Shown: piece after piece, positions 28,650 through 37,610 of the stretch
How positions within the stretch are numbered: position 1 is the first letter of the stretch
How the letters are laid out: every line of letters starts with the position of its first letter
Assembly: GCA_902799895.1 (NCBI GenBank)
Contig: CADCCI010000041.1
Coordinates: 1-44,919, forward strand
Origin: an uncultured Bacteroidia bacterium
Lineage (GTDB): Bacteria; Bacteroidota; Bacteroidia; Bacteroidales; UBA932
Length of the DNA stretch: 44,919 nucleotides
Reading direction: 5' to 3'
Translations under genes and position numbers: made by a program
The notes under the pieces: generated by a model
Databases searched by the model: none
Seen by the model: the letters and a program-made list of their open reading frames with translations, nothing else
What the model was told of the DNA's origin: nothing

Positions 28650-30002
28650 CTATAACGCAAGACGAAGGCCAAAGGTGGACTTCACACTTGTCGCAGGTAT
28701 TTTGGAGCGGTTGCTGACCCGGCAGGCATCCCAGAGGCTGGCCGCACTGCCACCCCGCATTACCCGCCACTCATCATTGACCTCGTCCCGGCCATAGGTA
28801 TAGAAACCATTGCGGCACCATTCCCAGGCGTTTCCGCTCATATCATAGAGTCCCAGTCCGTTCGGCCGGAGACTCTTGACCGGCTTCATCTTGGAAGGCT
28901 TTTCACTGCCATTGGGCGTATAGACGGCCACCTCGCCCAGCACCGTAGAGCCGGCATAACGAAGGTCTCCGCCCTTCTTTCCACCCCTTGCGGCATACTC
29001 CCACTCCTCCTCTTCGGGAAGACGGAATTTCCTGCCGGTCAAGGCATTCAGCTTCAGGATGAATTCCTGGGCCCCGTACCACGACACATTCCCCACCGGT
29101 ATTTCCGGCGTGCGGGGATTGTTCCCATAGGGCAGGCTCCCCATGACGGCCTGCCACAGGCCAACGGTCACTTCCGTCTCGCCCAGGGCAAAATCCGAAA
29201 CAATCACGTCATGAGCGGGTTTCTCATCCTCCTTGGCATAATCGAAGGCCGTCTGAGAAGGCGTGGCACCCATGGTGAATGCACCGCCCTCGATGGCGAT
29301 CATCTTGAAGGAAACACCGTTAACCGTAAGGGTTTCTCCCGGTTTCATGGCCTGATAATCAATGGCTTCCCGAATAGGCGGCTTGTTTTCTACGAAGGTG
29401 GAATACACCTCTGAGGGGATGGCTTTCCCGGTATTCCAAGTCAGGCGGAAACTGATATCGCCCGCCTTGGTATAGGAAGCTATCGGCGCCCGTTCCGTTT
29501 CGGTACGGACCACCGCCCCTATCTTTTCATCGCCCCACAGGGAGGTCAGCTCGCGAATGCCTTTGACGGGACGGATGCCTCCTTCGCCCTGCCAGCCTTT
29601 CCGCACGGCATATTCCCATTGGTCTTCCCAGGCCACCTGGACGGGCAGGCCGGTCCATTTGGCCACCTTGGCGGCGAATTTCACGGCCTCGTCGTACGAG
29701 ATCTTACCGTCCTTTCCGGTGACGGCCTTCCACAGTTCAGGCGAAACCGGCTGGGCCATTATGGCATAGCCGGGAATAACGGCCTGATGGATTTCCTCCG
29801 TCCCGGTCAGTTTCCGGCCATCGGGCACACAGCCCATGGAGAAGGTCCCCGGCTGCATTTCCACCATATCCACCTGAATGCCTTTTACTTCCAGGACAGG
29901 CTGGAAAGGCGCCTCGGCCGTCTTATCCTTCCGGCCGCACGAGAATGTTATCAGAAGCAGGATACCGACAAACAGTACGGTAACACGATGCAATGACTTC
30001 AT
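28650..30002 (-). CDS. Lipoprotein with tandem FGE-sulfatase (SUMF1/EgtB/PvdO, C-lectin-like) domains
   Basis: Lipobox TFSC. The second domain has FTMG, ETEVT, RLPEEEEWEYAARGG, PNGLGLYDMSGNAWEW, RGGS and GLRL; the first copy is degenerate (FSMG, QWEYA, FRL). Confidence 0.85.
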   Translation of the reverse strand: MKSLHRVTVLFVGILLLITFSCGRKDKTAEAPFQPVLEVKGIQVDMVEMQPGTFSMGCVPDGRKLTGTEEIHQAVIPGYAIMAQPVSPELWKAVTGKDGKISYDEAVKFAAKVAKWTGLPVQVAWEDQWEYAVRKGWQGEGGIRPVKGIRELTSLWGDEKIGAVVRTETERAPIASYTKAGDISFRLTWNTGKAIPSEVYSTFVENKPPIREAIDYQAMKPGETLTVNGVSFKMIAIEGGAFTMGATPSQTAFDYAKEDEKPAHDVIVSDFALGETEVTVGLWQAVMGSLPYGNNPRTPEIPVGNVSWYGAQEFILKLNALTGRKFRLPEEEEWEYAARGGKKGGDLRYAGSTVLGEVAVYTPNGSEKPSKMKPVKSLRPNGLGLYDMSGNAWEWCRNGFYTYGRDEVNDEWRVMRGGSAASLWDACRVSNRSKIPATSVKSTFGLRLAL

Positions 30003-30030
30003 GTAGAAAATCCTTCTAAAATATATCTTT

Positions 30031-30038
30031 CAAAGATA
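30031..30038 (-). promoter_or_regulatory. Putative -7 promoter element for the FGE-domain gene (possibly also gcvTHP)
   Basis: TATCTTTG on the minus strand, 28 nt upstream of the ATG at 30002. Confidence 0.6.
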
Positions 30039-30063
30039 CAAAAAGCGAACGGATTCTGCAACC

Positions 30064-30924
30064 TTATTTTCCTAAATTGATAAAAGGAAGGGCGTTGGTG
30101 CCATTGTAGGTAGGCATTTCCCCGTTCCATTTCTCAATGGCGTACTGCTGCACCAGCAGGGCGTTCAATGAGGCCGCCACCACGCGGTTGTAGTAGGCTT
30201 CGCCATCGCCCTGGATGCGCTGCGCTTCGGCCTGGCCCTTTGCCTTGGCAATGGCAATCTTCGCTTCTGCCTCGGCTTCCTTCACCTTGTTTTCGGCCTT
30301 CAGGGCATTCTGGACCGCTTCGTTTTTCGCGTTGATGGCCGCCGTCAGGGATGCCGGGGGATCAATCTTGGTCGTGAATTCCCGCACGATGAAGCCTTCC
30401 TGGTTCATGGATTCATCCAGGCGTGCCCGTACTTCCAGCTCGAATTTGGCGCGGTTCGCCATCAGCTCGTCCGAGGTGTAATTGTTCGCGCAGGTTCGAT
30501 AAGCCTCGAAAATACAGGTATTGATGTAGCCCATCTCCAGTTCGCGGACCGGCTTGCGGTATTTGACGAAGATATCCACCGCCTTGCTCTCATCGATCTG
30601 GTAAGCCAGCGTCGGGGTCATGGAGAAAATGGCGGCGTCCTTGGGGTTCACCGTAAAGGGTTCATAGGTAACGCGCTGGATGTAAGTCGGATACTCGAAG
30701 ATATTCTCCGTAATGGGGTTGTACCAGACCCAGCCGCGGCAGGTTCCTTCCACGCCGCCGCGCAGGTTTTCGTTGGAGGACCATTTCTTGAAACGGATAC
30801 CGACCGATGCCGAATCAATGGTGGTGCAGCAAGACATCATAAGGAGGATGACTGCAATCGTCACACCCAAAGAGCTCCAAAGTACTTTCGGAGCAGCACT
30901 TCCTTCGGTTTTAACTTTAGCCAT
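30064..30924 (-). CDS. SPFH / prohibitin (band 7) family membrane protein
   Basis: N-terminal TM segment, WYNP...FEYPTY, coiled-coil AEAEAKIAIAKAKGQAEA and IEKWNGEMP. Confidence 0.88.
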   Translation of the reverse strand: MAKVKTEGSAAPKVLWSSLGVTIAVILLMMSCCTTIDSASVGIRFKKWSSNENLRGGVEGTCRGWVWYNPITENIFEYPTYIQRVTYEPFTVNPKDAAIFSMTPTLAYQIDESKAVDIFVKYRKPVRELEMGYINTCIFEAYRTCANNYTSDELMANRAKFELEVRARLDESMNQEGFIVREFTTKIDPPASLTAAINAKNEAVQNALKAENKVKEAEAEAKIAIAKAKGQAEAQRIQGDGEAYYNRVVAASLNALLVQQYAIEKWNGEMPTYNGTNALPFINLGK

Positions 30925-30948
30925 AATCTTGATTTTTAAAGAATTAGT

Positions 30949-31608
30949 TTATTTTATTTTCATTAATAGTTCAATTAGTTTATCCCGCAGCTCCGCATTG
31001 ATCCGAAAGTCTTCGGCATGGCCGCCTTTCGCCGCCGTAATACCCCCGCAGATATCCACGCCAAGCACCCGATTGCGGGCAAAAACAGCCTCCAGGTACT
31101 CACTTAGCTGCTGCAGCGTCATCCTTCCCTGGTCCCAGTTGGTCCGGGCATCTTCTTTGCGCAGTACATCCAGGTCCAGCGAGATATATACGGGCGATGA
31201 AAAGACCGGTTCGGGCAGATTCAGGAGGTCGTCCTCCGTAAAGCAACGGACCTTGAGACCCTCCGCCTCGGAAGACAGAGCCGGGTCAATTCCCACCATC
31301 CAAAATTCCCGTAAATCAGGGTCTTTTTCCAGGACTTCGCGCGCCCAGCTTCCGCAGCTCAGAAGGGGGTCGTCCGAGCCGGCCATAAGTCCCAAGGACG
31401 GCGCCTGAACATCGGGGTGATGATCCAGCAAAAGCAGGGAAAAAGGCTCCCCCAAACGGGCCGTCCAAAGACGGGTCATGTAGTGATAATCGCCCGTGTC
31501 GATCCAGTGGATTCCGGCCGCCGGATAAGGGGCGATCCGAGCCTCCAATTCGGCTCGCGCATCGGCATCGCACCAGCACTCGGACCCCTCGATTATTGAG
31601 CAATCCAA
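30949..31608 (-). CDS. Arginase/ureohydrolase-fold protein, probably 5'-truncated
   Basis: GDYHYMT, LLDHHPD, CGSW, YISLDLDVL, NWDQG and GVDICG motifs. Only a TTG start is available, four codons after an in-frame TAA. Confidence 0.7.
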   Translation of the reverse strand: MDCSIIEGSECWCDADARAELEARIAPYPAAGIHWIDTGDYHYMTRLWTARLGEPFSLLLLDHHPDVQAPSLGLMAGSDDPLLSCGSWAREVLEKDPDLREFWMVGIDPALSSEAEGLKVRCFTEDDLLNLPEPVFSSPVYISLDLDVLRKEDARTNWDQGRMTLQQLSEYLEAVFARNRVLGVDICGGITAAKGGHAEDFRINAELRDKLIELLMKIK

Positions 31609-31732
31609 GACCCGTGTTTAGAATTGTAACAAAAATGTTAACCCCATTTTTCGCTATAATTCGTCATTTTTCGTGTTAAAGATAGCCATTTTTAGCGAAA
31701 CAGAAAAATTGAATTTTCCCCACCCCGATGCT

Positions 31733-31804
31733 CCCTTTCACCTTCCCATTCACCTTCCTGCTCGCCACCCTGCTCGCCACCCTGCTCGGCGCCCTGCTCG
31801 GCGC
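31733..31804. repeat. Graded 12-bp tandem repeat, six units arranged as three pairs
   Basis: CCCTTTCACCTT, CCCATTCACCTT, CCTGCTCGCCAC x2, CCTGCTCGGCGC x2. Confidence 0.85.
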
Positions 31805-31848
31805 CCCTCTGACAGGGCCAACTCTCCGCCCCGGCCCCAACCAGAAAG

Positions 31849-31938
31849 TGATTCTACCCTATGAAAAAATATGTAGGGTATGATCAAAAACGGCCATTTT
31901 TGATCATACCCTCACCCATTTCGATGAGGGTATGATCA
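31849..31938. repeat. Alternating inverted-repeat array of a 12-bp motif (AGGGTATGATCA) at a 26-bp period
   Basis: Copies start at 31849 (reverse, 2 mismatches), 31875 (forward), 31901 (reverse) and 31927 (forward). Confidence 0.9.
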
Positions 31939-31951
31939 CCCACGACCAAGT

Positions 31952-32047
<96 letters not shown>

Positions 32048-32201
32048 TCCAGTCCCCAGACCTTCCCAGGTCAGAGACCGTATCCCTTCCCGGCATCAAT
32101 CTTATGTAGTGCCGGTAGTGCTAGCACCGCCGCCGCGCAGTTCTGGAAAACTGCCCTTTTTCAGAACCGACTTTCCACCTGGCACGTGACAGGGAGCAGA
32201 A

Positions 32202-32363
32202 GCGGCGGGTAGTGGCAACAGAGAGCCCGTGCCACCCTCGGCACCGTAAGAGGGGGAACCGTGAACGGCATTGAGCGGTAGAGAGATGCAGGGAGAGGTG
32301 GCGAACGGAGTGAACGGTGGGGTCGAGCGCAGCGAGACGGCTCACGTTGCCACTACCCGCCGC
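32202..32363. repeat. 162-bp element bounded by a perfect 18-bp inverted repeat (MITE/REP-like or structured RNA)
   Basis: GCGGCGGGTAGTGGCAAC (32202-32219) and GTTGCCACTACCCGCCGC (32346-32363), with internal mini-hairpins. Confidence 0.75.
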
Positions 32364-32370
32364 GGAGGCA

Positions 32371-32455
32371 GGGGCCACAGGGGCAGACGAGGCCATAGGG
32401 GCCGACCAAGCCACAGGGGCCACAAAGGCCGTAGGGCAGACGAGGCCACAGGGCA
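32371..32455. repeat. Degenerate 9-bp tandem repeat (GGGGCCACA-like)
   Basis: GGGGCCACA GGGGCAGAC GAGGCCATA GGGGCCGAC CAAGCCACA GGGGCCACA AAGGCCGTA... Confidence 0.65.
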
Positions 32456-32483
32456 AAAGCATGTCAAGGGCCATTCTGGGATT

Positions 32484-32506
32484 GAAAGACAAGCCGTTGC
32501 TTGTCT
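32484..32506 (-). terminator. Possible terminator hairpin after the DUF4332 gene
   Basis: AGACAAGC-AACG-GCTTGTCT perfect 8-bp stem, 12 nt after the stop; the U tail is weak. Confidence 0.45.
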
Positions 32507-32518
32507 GACCTAAAGCGA

Positions 32519-32926
32519 TTAGTAACTAACGACGCGGTCCAGCTTCTTCGCCTGGGCAACCATCTTCTCCACCTCGACAAGGGCAGGAACACGGCGGACC
32601 AGTTTCTTGGCCTCGTTCACCTCGTTCAATTTGGCAACCAGGTTCTCAGGTTTGCGGTTGGCCAGCTCAACGACGGTATCCACACCGGCGGCCTCGAGCA
32701 GCTCGGAGAACTGAGGGCCTACACCATCGATGCGGAACAGGTCGGCATGATTCACCCACGTGAGGATGAACTTGCCGGAGATACCGGTCACATCCTCGAT
32801 CTCCTTGCGGCCTTTCGGGGTCTTGCCTTTCTCCAGCAGCTGGTCAACAGTCACGATACCGGCAGCGATCAACTTCTCTGCATACACAGGGCCAATGCCC
32901 TCAATGTCAACAATCTTGTACGACAT
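32519..32926 (-). CDS. DUF4332 domain protein (helix-hairpin-helix)
   Basis: DIEGIGPVYAEKL, WVNHADLFRIDGVG and LLEAAGVDTVVELANR motifs. Confidence 0.88.
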   Translation of the reverse strand: MSYKIVDIEGIGPVYAEKLIAAGIVTVDQLLEKGKTPKGRKEIEDVTGISGKFILTWVNHADLFRIDGVGPQFSELLEAAGVDTVVELANRKPENLVAKLNEVNEAKKLVRRVPALVEVEKMVAQAKKLDRVVSY

Positions 32927-32986
32927 AACTAACTTTGTTTTAGAAATAAACTATGTGATTGATAAGTGTTTGCACTATTCCAATTC

Positions 32987-32994
32987 CAAAGTTA
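32987..32994 (-). promoter_or_regulatory. Putative -7 promoter element for the DUF4332 gene
   Basis: TAACTTTG on the minus strand in an AT-rich gap, 60 nt upstream of the ATG. Confidence 0.55.
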
Positions 32995-33037
32995 ATAAAT
33001 TTCGGACAAAATCCCGCAACTTTTTTGAAACGTTTTA

Positions 33038-35860
33038 CTATTCCGCATTCTCAAAGCCGAAATACTCCCCTTTCCGGGACACGGGAATACCGTTCTTCAT
33101 CCAGGCAGGAAGCGGACCGCCTTTCATGTAGTAGTCGAAGAACTGCTGCAGGCGGCGGGTCAGGTCGCGCGTATTGCGGCGCTGGACCAGGTTATGGGCT
33201 TCCCCATTGTACTGGAGCATCCAGACCGGCTTTCCAAGGCGGCGCAGGGCGGAGAAATACTCGATACCCTGATACCACGGCACGGCGCCGTCGGCGTCGT
33301 TGTGCATAATCAGCAGCGGAGTATTCACCTTATCGGCCGCGAAGAGCGGAGAATTCTCGATATACAATTCCAGGCCGCCCGGTTCCCACATCGACGTTCC
33401 GATACGGCTCTGGCCGTGCTCGTACTGGACGGAACGGACATTGCCCGAGCCCCAGCGGATGCCGCCGTAGGCACTGGTCATGTTGCTCACGGGCGCGCCC
33501 GAGCCCGCGCAGCAGAACATATCGGTCCGCGTAACCAGCCAGGCTACCTGATAACCGCCCCAGCTCTGGCCCTGGATGGCCATGCGGCTGCGGTCGATGA
33601 ACGGGAACTGCTCGCACATGGCCTCGGCACCGGAGCAGATGCAATTGTAGGCGCTCTGGCCGGGATGGCCGTCCTTGTACACGATATCCGGGACAAAGAC
33701 CACATAACCGCGGCTGCAGTAGGTGGTGATGTTGATGATGGAGCGGCTGAATACCGGCGGGAAATAGCCGTACAGCGAACGGGAATCCTTCTCGTAGAAG
33801 TACACCATCATAGGCAGTTCATCGCCCGGAGCAACATCTTCCGGAATATAAAGTTTTCCTTTCAATGGCGTACCGTCATACGCCTTCCACTCAACGAGTT
33901 GCACATTTCCCCATTTGTACTCAGACTGCTGGGGATTGATATCCGAAATCCGGGTGGCGTACGCCATTCCGCCGCAGGCGTCCCACTGGTCGTAGCAGTG
34001 GTGATAGTTGCCCTTGCGGAAGAACAGGATACGGGCATCGTCACGCGCCCGGACAATGCCCTCGAAGGTCATGGTGTCCAGGACGATGGCCGGGTCGGCG
34101 GGAGAGAGCAGGCCGGAATAGGCCAGGCCGGTCTTCATGGTCTGGTCGTCAAAGGCCGTCAGCATCACCTGCTCGTCCGGGCCATAGAGGTTGGTCCGGC
34201 GGTCCAGGGAACGCTCGGTACCGGAAAGATAATGGTCCACCGGATCCATCGTGCGCATCTGCACGTTGTTTTTCCGCCCATAGCCATTCGTCAGGTTCAC
34301 CGGAGCGAAAGCCCCTGTCGGAGAGAACTTCCAGAGGTCGTAGCGGTCGGTCAGCACCACGGCCTCCTCCCCTTTCACCCAGCGCGGCGTATAGTCGTAC
34401 GGGGGTTTCTTCATCGGGTGGTCATCGTCCTCCTGCCAGAAGTTCACGCCCGCCTCGCGGGTGATGTTGCGCACCGTTCCCGTCGCAATCTCATAGGTAT
34501 AGAAATGGCTGTCGTCGAAGTTGTACCAGATGAGGAAGCGGCCCTCCGGCGAGAGCTGGACACCTCCGTTCAGGCCTTCTACCACCTGGCGGCGGGAGCC
34601 GTCCAGCAGGTTCACCAGGGCGATGTCCCGTTTGTGGTTGTCGTCCCAGGTGGAGGCAATGCGGTAGCGCGTATCGTCCTGCGCCAGGGCCCACGTGCCC
34701 ATTCCGCAATCCGGCAGGGCGATGCCCTCGAAATACGAGGTCGTAAGCGGAATGATGCGCAGCGGCGTGCGGTTCAGGTGGATAATGGAACGATAGGTCT
34801 TGGTCTTGATCCCGTTGGCCTGCAGTTTCGCCTGCGGCGGGGTAATCTGCATATCGTGCACCCAGATATCCAGGCCCGCCTTTTCGAAATCTACGAGCGA
34901 GGTGTCGTTCGGGGGCAGGCAGGGGGCCACACCCAGGATGATGCGGTTGCCGTCGGGCGTAAACAGCGGCGAGGCGTTCTGGTTCACGGTCCACCCCTCC
35001 GGAAGTCCTTCCGAATAGCCCTGCGGGATGATTTCGCGGGTCTCTCCGCCTTCGAACAGCAAGAGGGAGCAATGCTTGTCACCGGTCTTGGCCGAGTCGA
35101 TGGAGGCCAGCACCATCAGTTTGTCGCCGGCTTCGCTGAACACCGGATTGCCGTAGAATTTCTTTCCCTCGGAAACGGTCGTCTTTTCCCGGGAACCCGG
35201 ATTGTAGAGGATGACAGCATTCCTGGAGAGGGTATCCTTCGCGTCCTTTTTCGTGGTATAGGCCATCATCTGCCCGTCACGGGAGAACAGGTAGTGCTCT
35301 ACATGGAGCAGGGTGTCCGCCGCCAGCGTCACCGGGTCCACCACCACCATCGCCTCTAATTGCTTCTTTCCTTTTTTATACGAGGTCTTGTAGGCCACAT
35401 AGGGTTTGGCATCGTGGCCTGCGGTGAAGGAATTCAGGGAAGGCAACTTCTTGATTTCAAAGGTCTTCAGGTCCAGGATGCCCAGCGAATCCTTCGGCAT
35501 GTCCTCTTTCTTCTTCTTGGCGATTTTCGCCTTCCGGGTATCGGCAAAAGGAGCCTTGATGCGGAAATAAGCGAAATAGCCGTCGGGCGATACGGAGATA
35601 CCGGTACCGCGCGGAATCAGGATTTCCCGTCTCTGATGGGGTTTCCCGAGCCGGCGCACGGGTTCGATGGTCCGGCGCACCACCAGGGTGCCGTCCCCTT
35701 CCTGCGACAGGATCTCATAAGAGAGGAAGGCCCCGTCCGGGGTCAGCTTGGTCCCGTCGATGCGCTTCCACGCATCAAAAGCGGAATATTCCAGCTCCTT
35801 TTTCTGAGCCCCCAGGCACAGCGGCAACAGGAGCGATGCCAGCAATAACCATTTTTTCAT
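33038..35860 (-). CDS. S9 family (prolyl oligopeptidase / dipeptidyl peptidase-like) secreted serine peptidase
   Basis: Signal peptide, propeller repeats (SPDG, SPEG) and catalytic motifs GQSWGG, HNDADGAV and GEAH. Confidence 0.92.
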   Translation of the reverse strand: MKKWLLLASLLLPLCLGAQKKELEYSAFDAWKRIDGTKLTPDGAFLSYEILSQEGDGTLVVRRTIEPVRRLGKPHQRREILIPRGTGISVSPDGYFAYFRIKAPFADTRKAKIAKKKKEDMPKDSLGILDLKTFEIKKLPSLNSFTAGHDAKPYVAYKTSYKKGKKQLEAMVVVDPVTLAADTLLHVEHYLFSRDGQMMAYTTKKDAKDTLSRNAVILYNPGSREKTTVSEGKKFYGNPVFSEAGDKLMVLASIDSAKTGDKHCSLLLFEGGETREIIPQGYSEGLPEGWTVNQNASPLFTPDGNRIILGVAPCLPPNDTSLVDFEKAGLDIWVHDMQITPPQAKLQANGIKTKTYRSIIHLNRTPLRIIPLTTSYFEGIALPDCGMGTWALAQDDTRYRIASTWDDNHKRDIALVNLLDGSRRQVVEGLNGGVQLSPEGRFLIWYNFDDSHFYTYEIATGTVRNITREAGVNFWQEDDDHPMKKPPYDYTPRWVKGEEAVVLTDRYDLWKFSPTGAFAPVNLTNGYGRKNNVQMRTMDPVDHYLSGTERSLDRRTNLYGPDEQVMLTAFDDQTMKTGLAYSGLLSPADPAIVLDTMTFEGIVRARDDARILFFRKGNYHHCYDQWDACGGMAYATRISDINPQQSEYKWGNVQLVEWKAYDGTPLKGKLYIPEDVAPGDELPMMVYFYEKDSRSLYGYFPPVFSRSIINITTYCSRGYVVFVPDIVYKDGHPGQSAYNCICSGAEAMCEQFPFIDRSRMAIQGQSWGGYQVAWLVTRTDMFCCAGSGAPVSNMTSAYGGIRWGSGNVRSVQYEHGQSRIGTSMWEPGGLELYIENSPLFAADKVNTPLLIMHNDADGAVPWYQGIEYFSALRRLGKPVWMLQYNGEAHNLVQRRNTRDLTRRLQQFFDYYMKGGPLPAWMKNGIPVSRKGEYFGFENAE

Positions 35861-35885
35861 ATCGATAAAGAACGTATTTCCAAGT

Positions 35886-36482
35886 TCATCGTCCCTCGCG
35901 GAGGTAGCGATGTAAAGATTTGGGAATCATTGCCTTAAAGTGACTCAGCATTCCCGCGGGAACCCGAATCTCCCGCAACGCGTCGCACTGCGAAAACGCT
36001 CCCTTCCCGATGGCTTCCAATCCGGCGTTCAGGTGCACCCGCTGCAATTCATAGCATTCGCAAAAGGCATCCGGACCGATAACGCGCAGGCTCTCCGGGC
36101 AGGTCACCGTTTTCAAGGAAGCGCAGAAGGCGAAGGCTCCCCCGCCGATGGAAACCAGCGTTTTGGGAAGACGGATGCTCCGCAGATAGGCGCAGCCGTC
36201 GAAGGCACCCTCCCCGATGTGCGTGAGCCCCTCCGGAAGGTCGATCTTTTCCAGGTAGGAGGCTTCGTTCTCATCGTCCATATAATCCTGGTAGGCGAAG
36301 GCGTCGTCGCAGATGATCTGCGTCCCGGGGCGGACCGTCACTTCCGAAGGGAAGGCTTCCGCTTCCAACAGATAGCGGCCGTCGGCGGAATAATTGCAAT
36401 TGAAGGCTTCGTCCCACACGTCGTCGGCACGAAGTTTATCATCAGGGAATGTATTGATTTCCAGGGCTTCCTTCCAGGTCAT
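35886..36482 (-). CDS. BspA-type leucine-rich repeat (LRR_5) protein
   Basis: Repeats LPEGLTHIGEGAFDGC, LPKTLVSIGGGAFAFC and PESLRVIGPDAFCEC; start at ATG 36482, which overlaps the upstream TGA (ATGA). Confidence 0.85.
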   Translation of the reverse strand: MTWKEALEINTFPDDKLRADDVWDEAFNCNYSADGRYLLEAEAFPSEVTVRPGTQIICDDAFAYQDYMDDENEASYLEKIDLPEGLTHIGEGAFDGCAYLRSIRLPKTLVSIGGGAFAFCASLKTVTCPESLRVIGPDAFCECYELQRVHLNAGLEAIGKGAFSQCDALREIRVPAGMLSHFKAMIPKSLHRYLREGR

Positions 36483-36970
36483 TTCCCGAAATTGTTCATA
36501 TATTCGACATCCTTCTTCAGGAGTTGTTTCCGATCCATCAGAAAGACTTTCTGGAAGAGTTTCAGCATATTGATTTTGGACAGATAGACCTTTTCCTCGT
36601 GTTTGAGTTTGCGCCACCATTTGTAGAAGCCTACCGGATCATTTTCGAAGGGGATGCTGGCCACTACGCCGGAAGAGGCATACCCCGGAAAGTCAATCGT
36701 GACCTTCAGGCCCATGAAACGCTTGAAATAATCGGGATCCGCATGGCGGAGCTTGCTCAGAAGAGGGGTAAGGACTTCGAAGGAATCCACCTGCAGCACT
36801 TTTTCCCGCACAATCATCTTGTGGATGCGTACCGGGTCCACATTCAACCAGGCTCCCATCCGCAGGGTCAACGCACCTTCGTCCGTGTCCAACGTTAGAA
36901 AATCCATCGAATAGTAGACCTTCCCGCTGTCCAGCGGAAAGACTTCCTGTATGACGGTATTCTCAGGCAT
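36479..36970 (-). CDS. Hypothetical protein
   Basis: 163 aa ORF after a consensus promoter, translationally coupled to the LRR gene; no family recognised. Confidence 0.7.
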   Translation of the reverse strand: MPENTVIQEVFPLDSGKVYYSMDFLTLDTDEGALTLRMGAWLNVDPVRIHKMIVREKVLQVDSFEVLTPLLSKLRHADPDYFKRFMGLKVTIDFPGYASSGVVASIPFENDPVGFYKWWRKLKHEEKVYLSKINMLKLFQKVFLMDRKQLLKKDVEYMNNFGK

Positions 36971-36989
36971 TTTCTGTTATAAAATCGTA

Positions 36990-37016
36990 CAAATATACAA
37001 AAAATGCGTATATTTG
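36990..37016. promoter_or_regulatory. Bidirectional promoter pair (hypothetical gene / coiled-coil gene)
   Basis: CAAATATA (36990-36997), 11 nt, TATATTTG (37009-37016). Confidence 0.7.
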
Positions 37017-37043
37017 TGAATGAGAATACAAAAAAAACGCGAT

Positions 37044-37610
37044 ATGTTTAAATTTTTCTCCCTTACACTGGCCTGTATGGTCCTGTCTTTCAGCCTTTCC
37101 GCGCAGAACAACACCACTGCCGAAACCGTGGAGCAGACCCGTGCAGCAGTAGAGTCTGCCCAGCAGACGCATGAGAAGCACGCCAAGGCGGCCAAACAGA
37201 CCATCGCCGAATCCCAGGATATCATTGACAGCGCCAAGGATCGGGCCAAGAAGGCCAAAGAAGCCGCCAAGACGCTGAAATCCTCCATCCGGGAGCAGGA
37301 ATCCGACCTGCACGTGCAGAAACAGAGCTTGAAAGTCCAGAAAAAATCCATGAAGATGGACGGCTCGATTTCCGCCCTGGAGAAACAGGAACTGAGTTCC
37401 CTGCAGCGAGACATCACCCAGCGCACCAAGAAGATCAAGAACGATAAGGCAATGCTCAAGCAGTACAATGCCCAGGTCCGCTCCGCCGAGAAATCCGTAA
37501 CGGAGGCCAAGCGGAAAGCGGCCGCGGCCAAGAAAGCTGCCAAAGACAGCCAGTCCCGGCTGAAAGAGGCCCAGAAAGCCCACAAGGCCATGGAGAAAAT
37601 GGCCAAATGA
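37044..37610 (+). CDS. Secreted Lys/Ala-rich coiled-coil protein
   Basis: Signal peptide MFKFFSLTLACMVLSFSLSA followed by a long helical K/A/Q/E-rich region; alternative ATG at 37020. Confidence 0.75.
   Translation: MFKFFSLTLACMVLSFSLSAQNNTTAETVEQTRAAVESAQQTHEKHAKAAKQTIAESQDIIDSAKDRAKKAKEAAKTLKSSIREQESDLHVQKQSLKVQKKSMKMDGSISALEKQELSSLQRDITQRTKKIKNDKAMLKQYNAQVRSAEKSVTEAKRKAAAAKKAAKDSQSRLKEAQKAHKAMEKMAK

Noticed and set aside
28650-28800. Diversity-generating retroelement targeting the FGE/C-lectin C-terminus
   Set aside because: The fold is a common DGR target, but I found no template-repeat copy, reverse transcriptase or avd gene in the window.
37560-37610. Cobalamin or SAM riboswitch before the MetH-like gene
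   Set aside because: There is no leader; the start overlaps the upstream stop codon.
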